From assembly GCA_050253075.1 (NCBI GenBank), contig JBFWJS010000001.1, positions 32,001 through 96,000 on the forward strand: a DNA stretch of 64,000 nt. Reading direction: 5' to 3'. Made by a program: the position numbers and the translations under genes. Position 1 is the stretch's first letter. Every line of letters starts with the position of its first letter. Of the stretch, positions 1-7,676 are shown in pieces. The stretch comes from Deferribacterales bacterium (GTDB lineage Bacteria; Chrysiogenota; Deferribacteres; Deferribacterales; Geovibrionaceae). The notes beneath the pieces were generated by a model that did not search any database, was not told where the DNA came from, and saw only the letters and a program-made list of their open reading frames with translations.

Positions 1-1
1 G

Positions 2-235
2 AAAGAAGTGACAAGCATGCTGAGCATCTTTGCCGACCATGCATATGCGAAACCGCAGTATGACTTCTCAAACGAAAACGGCCGCAGCCTCTCAGATGTG
101 GGTATCGGCGGATACGTCTATTACAAGACATTCTTCATGAAGGCATACTATGCACATGCTGTGGGCGGTGCAAAGGTCGAAAGCGAACCCGACTATAACA
201 ACAAGCTGCTCATTCAGGCGGGCATGACATTCTAA
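2..235 (+). CDS. C-terminal fragment of an outer-membrane beta-barrel, probably ShlB/FhaC/HecB (TpsB) family; truncated by window start
   Basis: Open frame from window edge; amphipathic strands (SLSDVGIGGYVYY, FFMKAYYAHAVG) and terminal LLIQAGMTF with C-terminal Phe. Confidence 0.6.
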   Translation, partial: KEVTSMLSIFADHAYAKPQYDFSNENGRSLSDVGIGGYVYYKTFFMKAYYAHAVGGAKVESEPDYNNKLLIQAGMTF

Positions 236-301
236 AAAAGTTAAGGCTCCCTTCAGAGCAAGGGACTTAGAAGACTTTTTGAAATTTTGAAGTAAAATAA
301 G

Positions 302-340
302 AAAAACCCCAATTTTAATAATAAGATTGGGGTTTTTATT
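302..340. terminator. Bidirectional intrinsic terminator-like hairpin between convergent genes
   Basis: aaaaaccccaatttta / taagattggggttttt inverted repeat with A- and T-tracts. Confidence 0.6.
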
Positions 341-355
341 TCAGGAAATTTTTTT

Positions 356-438
356 CGTCATCCTGAGGCTTTCGCCGAAGGATCTGAACACGTAGATTCT
401 CTAATAGTATCAGATTCTTCGCTCCGCTCAGAATGACG
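356..438 (+). repeat. Palindromic REP-like element, copy 1
   Basis: cgtcatcctgag...cgaaggatct...agattcttcg...ctcagaatgacg; related copy in opposite orientation at 48651-48711. Confidence 0.75.
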
Positions 439-474
439 CAGCCGTGTTTGTTTTAGAGATTCGGGGAGCCTTTT

Positions 475-1137
475 TTATATTATCTCGAAAAGTTTTTCAC
501 TGTCGAAGTGCCTCATGCAGTGTTCCGCTCCTGCCGAGACCAGTTCGTCCACATCCCTGCCTATACCGATAAAGTCATAGCCTGCATCCTTTGTTGCGTT
601 GAAATCCCAAACTCTGTCGCCGAAGTATATAATGCGCTCAAAGCTCTCCACGCTGTGCCTCTCCTTCGCACGCTCCTCACACCGCAGGAGTATCTTATCC
701 CTGTGCATAGAGTCGTTCGAAGATGCTATGACAAAATCAGCAGATATAAAATTCGCCCTGTTCAGCTTGTGTTCGGCGATCCTGAGGGAGTTCCCCGTGG
801 CTATGCCTATCTTCATATAGGGGTTCTTCTTCACTTCGTCTACGAAGTCGTTGGCACCCGTCAAAGCATGCACATTTGTATCGCCCGCACGGGAGAGGTA
901 CGTTTCCTCCAGCTTTGCTTCGAATTCCAGAAATTCCTCAAACCCTAACTCCCTGCCGAAGCTGTCCATGATGATCTCTGAAAGGATGCCGTAGTCTGTG
1001 GCATTTTTAAACTGCCGCCAGTTCTTATCTATTTTCTTTATGCCGTAGACCATATTTATGGTGTCTTCGAAATAGTCACCGTCATAAGTGCTGAGGTCTA
1101 TCAGCGTTCCGTCTATGTCAAAGATAAGCAGTTTCAT
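475..1137 (-). CDS. HAD-superfamily hydrolase (phosphatase-like)
   Basis: Motif I FDIDGTL, motif II IATGN, motif IV YFGDRVWD. Confidence 0.9.
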   Translation of the reverse strand: MKLLIFDIDGTLIDLSTYDGDYFEDTINMVYGIKKIDKNWRQFKNATDYGILSEIIMDSFGRELGFEEFLEFEAKLEETYLSRAGDTNVHALTGANDFVDEVKKNPYMKIGIATGNSLRIAEHKLNRANFISADFVIASSNDSMHRDKILLRCEERAKERHSVESFERIIYFGDRVWDFNATKDAGYDFIGIGRDVDELVSAGAEHCMRHFDSEKLFEII

Positions 1138-1144
1138 CCGTCAC

Positions 1145-2560
1145 CTATTTCAAAGCCGCTTTTACATGGTCTGCGATGTAGATTATCGTCTTTTCGATCT
1201 CGTCTATCGGGATAGACGCAGGGCACAGCAGTATGTGCGAACTGTCCGCACGGTCAAAGAAATATCCCGGGTGGAATCCGCTGTAGTAAGCATTCTGGAA
1301 TATCTTTCTTATATTCATCTTAGGGAAATTCAGCCAGAAGTGAAAGCCGCAGTTGCGCTCGTCCCACTCTGCAATGCCTTTCAGATATTTATCCATCAGC
1401 TCCAGAGCCCTTTCACGCCTTTGCCTTATAAATGCCCTGATAGCCTCCATCAGCAGGTAATAGTCTCCGCTGCGGAACATCTCGTCCAGAGCTATCTGCA
1501 TGAGGAAGTTCGCCTTCATGCCGTTCTGCATGAGAACATTGCTCAGATGCTCCACCATATATTTATCGGCTATTATCCAAGATGTCTGTAAATCGCACGG
1601 ACAGCTCCTTATGAATGAGCCGATATATATGATATTTCCGTTTTTATCCATAGACTTAAGCGGGTTAGGGAACGGCTTGTTATACCATGCATCCCGCAGA
1701 TGGTCTATCTCCACAACGGGGAGCTGATGCTTGTCCACCAGGTCCATGATCTCTCTCTTCCGCTTGCGTGTCATGACGACACCTGTCGGAGCCTGATCTG
1801 TCGGGTCCACATGCAGCATAGGGTGCTTATACCTTGTGATACATTTTTTCAGCTCATTTACGGATATGCCGTATTCGTCCATTGGCACGGGTATCATGTT
1901 CATCCCTATGGAATGTATGTTTGATATCGCCATGATGAGATTGCTCTTTTCATATAAAAAGTTAGACCCGCTGCTCATGAGTGATTCGTATATCGGGTTT
2001 ATAACGAGGATGCTCGACGGGCATATCAGCACGTTTTCGATGTCGGTCTCTATGCCGTACTGCTTCACATGTTTTACGACGGAACGTCTGAGGCATTCAT
2101 AACCGAATTTGCTGAATTTCTTTTTTGTCTCCGGCGTGCCGACCTTGTCCAGAGCGTTATGCATAGACTTTACGATGTATGGGCGAGAGTTGAAATCCGT
2201 ACTGAGGCCAAAGTCTGCAAGGCCGTCTGCATCATTCCAGAACTTAATATCCGAATGGCTCGGCTTATGCTTTGCTCTTTTCAGATATGTCTGCCAGTTT
2301 GCTACCTTACGGTTCCAGTTTTCGGCCACGACGATGCCAGATTTCGGATAAGAGACCAGATACCCTTCACTGACGAGCTGGTCTATTGCCGTGGTCACCG
2401 TGTTTCTGCTGACGCCCAGTTTCTCCACCATCAGTCTTCGGCTGGGTACTTTCTCCCCGCTTTTGACAGTGCCTGAGGTTATCTGATCTCTGATATGATC
2501 CGCAAGCTGAAGATAGATAGGCTGGTCTGAATCTTTCTCGGCTGCCCAGTTTAATATCAT
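1145..2560 (-). CDS. MocR/GabR-family regulator (GntR wHTH + aminotransferase-like domain) with degenerate PLP site
   Basis: PIYLQLADHIRDQI...VPSRR...LGVSRNTV wHTH; QAPTG and IYIGSF segments of the AAT fold; 471 aa. Confidence 0.9.
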   Translation of the reverse strand: MILNWAAEKDSDQPIYLQLADHIRDQITSGTVKSGEKVPSRRLMVEKLGVSRNTVTTAIDQLVSEGYLVSYPKSGIVVAENWNRKVANWQTYLKRAKHKPSHSDIKFWNDADGLADFGLSTDFNSRPYIVKSMHNALDKVGTPETKKKFSKFGYECLRRSVVKHVKQYGIETDIENVLICPSSILVINPIYESLMSSGSNFLYEKSNLIMAISNIHSIGMNMIPVPMDEYGISVNELKKCITRYKHPMLHVDPTDQAPTGVVMTRKRKREIMDLVDKHQLPVVEIDHLRDAWYNKPFPNPLKSMDKNGNIIYIGSFIRSCPCDLQTSWIIADKYMVEHLSNVLMQNGMKANFLMQIALDEMFRSGDYYLLMEAIRAFIRQRRERALELMDKYLKGIAEWDERNCGFHFWLNFPKMNIRKIFQNAYYSGFHPGYFFDRADSSHILLCPASIPIDEIEKTIIYIADHVKAALK

Positions 2561-2626
2561 GTTAAAATATCTCCGTTTTTCAACATGTGGTTTACATGTA
2601 TCGAAATTTTTATAAATAAAAACGTT

Positions 2627-2712
2627 TGGCCCTGTAAAAAAATCATTATCTGGCCCTATTCATTATCATCAGGCACCTCTAAATTGTCAACAACAGATAG
2701 ATGATTTAACTT
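2627..2712. promoter_or_regulatory. Divergent sigma70-type promoters with candidate MocR operator (TGGCCCT direct repeats)
   Basis: TGGCCCT at 2627-2633 and 2651-2657; minus strand TTGACA(2690-2685)-N17-GATAAT; plus strand TTGTCA(2684-2689)-N17-TAACTT. Confidence 0.55.
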
Positions 2713-2725
2713 AAGAATTAAAAAA

Positions 2726-2946
2726 AGCCGTTTGCATTAACATCATTTTTTTTACAGCCCGGACCCAGTTGATGCAGACGGCTGAACATACTTTGAACCA
2801 AGATTAATTATTTAAGCCGATACCTGCGGCGTCAACTTACAGACCACAACCCCTAGTATGTGTCTTGTTTGCCAGTGCGGGAAGAATCGACGCCGTAGAT
2901 CAGCTTAACAACCGTTTAATAAAATACGCTCTATCGGGCAGGCGTG
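2726..2946 (+). ncRNA. Candidate structured leader RNA / cis-regulatory element, no known family recognised
   Basis: 16-bp helix 2726-2741/2768-2783 with two G-U pairs; long helix 2812-2833/2889-2908 with G-U; small hairpin 2925-2946 before the RBS. Confidence 0.5.
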
Positions 2947-2963
2947 CGACTTGTGAGGACATG

Positions 2964-3635
2964 ATGCATAAAAACCTGACAGAAGCAGCATCAAACTCTG
3001 ATGCCTCATGCATCTTCGAAGCAGAAAGCGACCTTGCGGTCTTTTCTCTCCTGTCGGATTTTTACTGCAATAAACCGTGTAAGAAATATTTTCAGGCTCT
3101 CAATATGACAGAAAGCCCTTACGAAGCCCGCCCTCACATTTCAAAAGCCTTTACAGATATAAGAAATGCTCTGAACGAAGCAGATGAAAAACCGGGGGTC
3201 TATGAGCTGATTCAGGAAGAGTGGGCGGCGCTGTTCTCTGCATCGGACAACACAGCCACAGGCAGCAAGCCCTATATACACGCATACAAAAGAGCAGAAA
3301 GCACCGCAATGATATGCGGGCTCATAAAGATATATAAAGAATGTGCCTATACGGACTTTCTGGATAACAGCCACAGGCACGACTATATCGGCTCCATGCT
3401 GGGCTATCTGGCATGCATAGCGAATAAAGCATCGCACCGGATGAACACAGGTGATGCGCAGGCATACACCTGCTATACAGAGACAAGAGACCAATTCATC
3501 GATGAATACATCAACAGCTGGTTTCATCTGTATTATGAAGACGTTGTAAAGACTGTCAAAACAGCCTTCATCAGCGGAATGCTTACACTTACTTATACGA
3601 TTTTCAAGAGGAACACACCTCCTAGTATGTCCTGA
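2964..3635 (+). CDS. TorD/DmsD-family molybdoenzyme chaperone-like protein (degenerate)
   Basis: EWAALF, KPYIHAY, HDYIGSMLGYLA, FIDEYINSWF follow the TorD/DmsD pattern; GAGGA RBS before ATG 2961/2964. Confidence 0.7.
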   Translation: MHKNLTEAASNSDASCIFEAESDLAVFSLLSDFYCNKPCKKYFQALNMTESPYEARPHISKAFTDIRNALNEADEKPGVYELIQEEWAALFSASDNTATGSKPYIHAYKRAESTAMICGLIKIYKECAYTDFLDNSHRHDYIGSMLGYLACIANKASHRMNTGDAQAYTCYTETRDQFIDEYINSWFHLYYEDVVKTVKTAFISGMLTLTYTIFKRNTPPSMS

Positions 3636-3655
3636 CCAAACATACTTAGGTTTTT
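3621..3655 (+). terminator. Intrinsic terminator overlapping the stop codon of the TorD-like gene
   Basis: cctagtatgt / acatacttagg followed by ttttt. Confidence 0.55.
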
Positions 3656-3953
3656 GCAAACACACCAGTTCATAGTGAACGCAACCTCTGAACATAGCGG
3701 GGAGTATTTGGGTTCTCCCCGCAATCTCCTTTCCACCTATTTAAATCTCATAAAAATCTATAAAACATTGTGTGTAAAGGCATCTGAAAATATGGTAGTT
3801 TTCACACATATTTTATCCAAGATTCCTTGCGCAGGTTTTAATCATAAGATAGTATTAAAAGTATCAAGACCAAACACACAACCCTTCTATATTATTCCAA
3901 ATATTGTATTTATGTGTAAATTAGACTTAGTAGAAATCAAATAGGAGTGAACC

Positions 3954-6900
3954 ATGAGACGGTTACTAATTTGCGTACTAATTGGTATGCTAGCTTTTTC
4001 ATCGGCCGGCTGTAACTTTTTCGGCAACAGCGGCGGATCATCAGTATCAGACAGCGACGGCAGCGGAGACGGTGACGGCGGCGGAGATGGAGACGGAGAT
4101 GGAGGCGTAACAGCCGATTCCGCAGGCTTCTTCGTGGACAGCGGCGTAGCAGGGCTGACATATCGTGCAGAGCCCTCCGGCATCACAGGCACAACAGACG
4201 CAGACGGACGCTATGAATACCTCACTGGCGACACCATATACTTCAGCATCGGCGATATAGAGCTCGGCTCTTCTGCAGGCTCTGAGTATGTCACACCTAT
4301 GTCCCTCTTCCCTGATGACAAGGACATGGCACTGAACCTCGCTCAGTTCCTTCAGAGTATCGACGACAACAATGACCCCACCGACGGCATAACACCCAGT
4401 GCTGCCGCTGTGGAAGCCCTCGCAGGCATAAACTTCACAAACGACACAACCACATTCGAATCGTTCCTCCGGACAAAGCTCCCTGCGGGGCTGACATTTG
4501 TTTCGAGAGAAGTGGCGATGAACCATATGGAGACAACATTCAACACATACGCCATCAACCCGAACGGACAAAACCACTCAGTGAAAAAGATATTCCCCGG
4601 ATATGACTCTGAACACGGTGTTGAGCTCTGGACAACATCCGACGGCAAAAACCTCAACTTTGTAAAAGAGCTGGACAACGGCGAAACACTGGGATCAGAC
4701 CCTGCCAGGATCACACAGGTAGGCTCAAAAATATTCTACACAGCAACAACTCAGGCATACGGCGAAGAGCTGTGGATCACTGACGGAACAGCCGCAGGCA
4801 CAAAGCTCGTAAAAGATATCACACCGGGTTCTGACAGTACCGAATTTGAGCTTACCATCGCACTCGGCGATAAGCTCATCTTCACTGCCTATACAGAAGA
4901 CTACGGTAAGGAAATATGGGTATCAGACGGTACAGAAGCAGGAACTTTCATGCTGAAAGATATCAAAGACGGATCATATACGTCATCACCGGAAGAACTT
5001 ACACTCTTCAACAACAAAGTATATTTCACAGCGACCTCAGACAATGAAGGCAGAGAGGTATGGTATACAGACGGCACAACAGCAGGCACAAACATCCTCG
5101 TCGACTATAACACCAACGGCGACTCAGCCCCTCAGATGCTTACAGTTGCTGCAGGCAGCCTCTGGTACAGAGCCTACAGCACAACATTCACATACGACAT
5201 AGTAAAATCTGACGGTACGACAGGCGGTACGGCAGCTTATGAAACAAATATAGGAACATCCTACGGCATGGCTGAATTCAACGGAAAACTCTATTATTTA
5301 GGAAGCGGATTCCTCAACTATACAGACGGATCATCCACTACTCAGCTTGTAATGGTTTCAGGCGGCAGCGAGCTGACAGCAGGAGACACAAGACTGTATC
5401 TCCTTGCCAACGGCACAGCCTTCAGTTCCCTGCATACGACTGACGGAGTAACACCGGGGAACCTTACAGAGATACTTGATGCAAACACCGACTACGCCCA
5501 GTACCCTTATGATTTGGTAACTGTGGGCGACAGACTCTTTTTCTTAATGCATACAAACGAATACGGCGGTGAGCTGTATACATCTGACGGAACCACATTT
5601 ACATTCCTCAAAGACATTTACCCGGGCACAGATTATTCCTATATCGAGGACATGACAGAGCTGGACGGTAAACTGTACTTTGATGCATATTCCCCTGACG
5701 AAGGCAGACAGCTATGGGTATCCGACGGTACAACAGCGGGTACTGTTGTCTTAAAAGATTTCACCGAAGAAGCAGGTAACGAAGCCGTTTACAGCATAAC
5801 AGCCATCGACGGGAACCTATACTTCAGCGCTCAGGACAGCGACGGAAACAGTGAGATATGGACATCAGACGGCACAGAGGAAGGCACCGTGCTCTATGTC
5901 GAAACAAATACATTACCGGCTTCAGGTATGCAGGAATATGTATTCTCCGTTAAAATCGGAGAAAAATTTACCTTTGGCAGAGGTGAAGAGATATGGGTAA
6001 CTGACGGCACAGCAGCAGGTACTGCAAAAACCGAATACACCAGCTCAACTATGGGCATATACGCAAATATGGGCGACTATGCCGTTATCCTGCTGACTGA
6101 TGAAGGCGGATATAGAATACTTAAAACAGACGGTACTCTCAGCGGTACAAGCATTATCGAAGAATTTTACAGCATTGAAGGCTATTTCATCACAAGAGCC
6201 GGAGATAACTTCCTCTTCTACGGACGTAAAACAAACGGCGAAACAAGCGCAATGTACACAGCCGACGGTACAGCAAACTCTGCTGTGCGTCTGCTCGACT
6301 CCGACAGTAATGAGATCACCAGTTTCGAATCATGTCAGAGTGTGGGCGACAAAGCCGCTATTAAAACTGTCGAAGACACAGGTACAGGCTATGCATACAA
6401 GCTGTACTTCACAGACGGAACCACAGCAGGCACCGTGACAGCCATAGACGTGACAACAACCGACTACAACACAGAGTATCTGTCAAACATGATATCCGTG
6501 GGCGATCTAGTCTACTACATAAACGATATGGACACAGACGGATTCGAGCTCTGGTCCTCAGACGGGACAGTCGGCGGAGAAGTATTCGTTAAAACCATCA
6601 GCGAAGACCTGGACCGCTTTGACATGCAGAGTATGGTAGATGTTGACGGAACGCTCTACTTCGTCTATATGGACTCTGACTGGACACACTATCTCTGGAA
6701 AAGTGACGGCACGGCAGCGACCACCGTACAGGTGAAAGACTTCTATGCAGGCAGAGTTGCTGATCCTGAGGTAGAGATATCACCTCTGGCCGTAGTAGAC
6801 GACAAATTCTACTTTCTGCTCCGTGACGCCATAGACGGAGACGACAACGCCACATATTCAGTATGGGTGGTAGATAACACTACAGAGCTCGTACAGGAAG

Positions 6901-7103
6901 TGGAGTTCGGAGACGCAGACTTCTCCACCTATACTCTGATCATGGGTAACAGAAGAGGCGGAGGCGTCAGCAGAGACACCGAATACATCCTCGCATGGCT
7001 GGTGAACAGAGAAGACAGCAAAGGTCAGCTCGTTAAAGTTCTGGGAAGCTCTATTACAGTGCTTCAGGAATCAGACTATTTCCCTTATAGGATAACTAGA
7101 TAA
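3954..7103 (+). CDS. ELWxxDGT-repeat lipoprotein (probable beta-propeller surface protein)
   Basis: Lipoprotein signal ending SSAGC; Gly/Asp linker; about 15 (E/Q)(L/I)WxxDGT-type repeats; AGGAG RBS. Confidence 0.9.
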   Translation: MRRLLICVLIGMLAFSSAGCNFFGNSGGSSVSDSDGSGDGDGGGDGDGDGGVTADSAGFFVDSGVAGLTYRAEPSGITGTTDADGRYEYLTGDTIYFSIGDIELGSSAGSEYVTPMSLFPDDKDMALNLAQFLQSIDDNNDPTDGITPSAAAVEALAGINFTNDTTTFESFLRTKLPAGLTFVSREVAMNHMETTFNTYAINPNGQNHSVKKIFPGYDSEHGVELWTTSDGKNLNFVKELDNGETLGSDPARITQVGSKIFYTATTQAYGEELWITDGTAAGTKLVKDITPGSDSTEFELTIALGDKLIFTAYTEDYGKEIWVSDGTEAGTFMLKDIKDGSYTSSPEELTLFNNKVYFTATSDNEGREVWYTDGTTAGTNILVDYNTNGDSAPQMLTVAAGSLWYRAYSTTFTYDIVKSDGTTGGTAAYETNIGTSYGMAEFNGKLYYLGSGFLNYTDGSSTTQLVMVSGGSELTAGDTRLYLLANGTAFSSLHTTDGVTPGNLTEILDANTDYAQYPYDLVTVGDRLFFLMHTNEYGGELYTSDGTTFTFLKDIYPGTDYSYIEDMTELDGKLYFDAYSPDEGRQLWVSDGTTAGTVVLKDFTEEAGNEAVYSITAIDGNLYFSAQDSDGNSEIWTSDGTEEGTVLYVETNTLPASGMQEYVFSVKIGEKFTFGRGEEIWVTDGTAAGTAKTEYTSSTMGIYANMGDYAVILLTDEGGYRILKTDGTLSGTSIIEEFYSIEGYFITRAGDNFLFYGRKTNGETSAMYTADGTANSAVRLLDSDSNEITSFESCQSVGDKAAIKTVEDTGTGYAYKLYFTDGTTAGTVTAIDVTTTDYNTEYLSNMISVGDLVYYINDMDTDGFELWSSDGTVGGEVFVKTISEDLDRFDMQSMVDVDGTLYFVYMDSDWTHYLWKSDGTAATTVQVKDFYAGRVADPEVEISPLAVVDDKFYFLLRDAIDGDDNATYSVWVVDNTTELVQEVEFGDADFSTYTLIMGNRRGGGVSRDTEYILAWLVNREDSKGQLVKVLGSSITVLQESDYFPYRITR

Positions 7104-7116
7104 TCTTGATCTAAAC

Positions 7117-7153
7117 AAGGGCATGCGTTTTAAGACGTGTGCCCTTTCCTTTT
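7117..7153 (+). terminator. Intrinsic terminator
   Basis: aagggcatgcgt / acgtgtgccctt followed by tcctttt. Confidence 0.75.
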
Positions 7154-7260
7154 ATGTTCAGCAACTTAACAAAATGTAATCTCGTCGGCATAATTAACCG
7201 TGGATTTTATTTGGCGATTATATTATTTTATATATCGAATTACGAATATAGGAGAATATT

Positions 7261-7554
7261 ATGCTGCAGATAACAGATGCTGCCCGTGACCAGATAAAAA
7301 TAGTCATGGCAGACCACCAAGGCAAATGTCTCCGCATCGTTTCAGAAGGTTTCGGTTGAGGCGGTCCTCAGCTGAGGATGGCTCTGGATGAGCCTAACGA
7401 CCTTATCAAGACTTACACAGTCAACGAGATTGAAATGATGATCGGCGACGACGTCCTTCCATTTACCGAAGGAACCACTCTGGACTTTATCAACGATGCC
7501 AGAGGACAGGGATTTATACTCGGACCAACAGACGGCGGGGACCGCTGCTGCTGA
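7261..7554 (+). CDS. HesB/IscA-like selenoprotein, 97 aa, Sec at residue 33 (in-frame TGA 7357-7359); absent from the ORF track
   Basis: AGGAG RBS; translation MLQITDAARDQIKIVMADHQGKCLRIVSEGFG-U-GGPQLRMALDEPND...GQGFILGPTDGGDRCC; family pattern continues on both sides of the TGA. Confidence 0.9.
7360..7402 (+). promoter_or_regulatory. Candidate bacterial SECIS element
   Basis: Upper stem ggctc(7380-7384)/gagcc(7390-7394), loop tggat with G in second position, 25 nt after the UGA; possible lower stem ggtc(7363-7366)/gacc(7399-7402). Confidence 0.6.
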
Positions 7555-7570
7555 TCTTAAATGAAAACAT

Positions 7571-7598
7571 GCCCCGGTCATTTGGTCGGGGCTTTTTT
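7571..7598 (+). terminator. Intrinsic terminator after the HesB-like gene
   Basis: gccccgg / tcggggc followed by tttttt. Confidence 0.8.
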
Positions 7599-7676
7599 AT
7601 TACGTTTCGATAAATCAACAAATATTAGTTAGCGTTCACACCATGCTCTCTGCTATACTAACAGCAGAGGTTTATT

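Noticed and set aside
2865..2960. TTG-initiated N-terminal extension of the TorD-like ORF
   Set aside because: No RBS; overlaps the structured region; GAGGA precedes ATG 2961/2964.
2852..3630. 10-bp direct repeat cctagtatgt at 2852 and 3621 flanking the TorD-like gene (possible target-site duplication)
   Set aside because: A single 10-mer match over ~800 bp can arise by chance; no transposase or terminal inverted repeats.
3654..3944. 96-aa ORF and hairpins (3668-3680, 3697-3722) upstream of the ELWxxDGT gene
   Set aside because: AT-rich, TTG start, no recognisable motifs; isolated hairpins without further support.
4050..6740. Periodic repeats as a possible CRISPR or DNA-level array
   Set aside because: They are protein-level Gly-Asp and ELWxxDGT repeats with synonymous variation, not repeat-spacer arrays; no cas genes.
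7552..7560. Possible second selenocysteine: the HesB-like gene ends C-C-TGA-TCT-TAA
   Set aside because: The downstream hairpin (7571-7598) has a U-tract and looks like a terminator, not a SECIS; TGA is also a common true stop in this window. Needs a homologue alignment to revisit.
7342..7581. 79-aa minus-strand ORF in the track
   Set aside because: Antisense shadow of the HesB-like selenoprotein gene.
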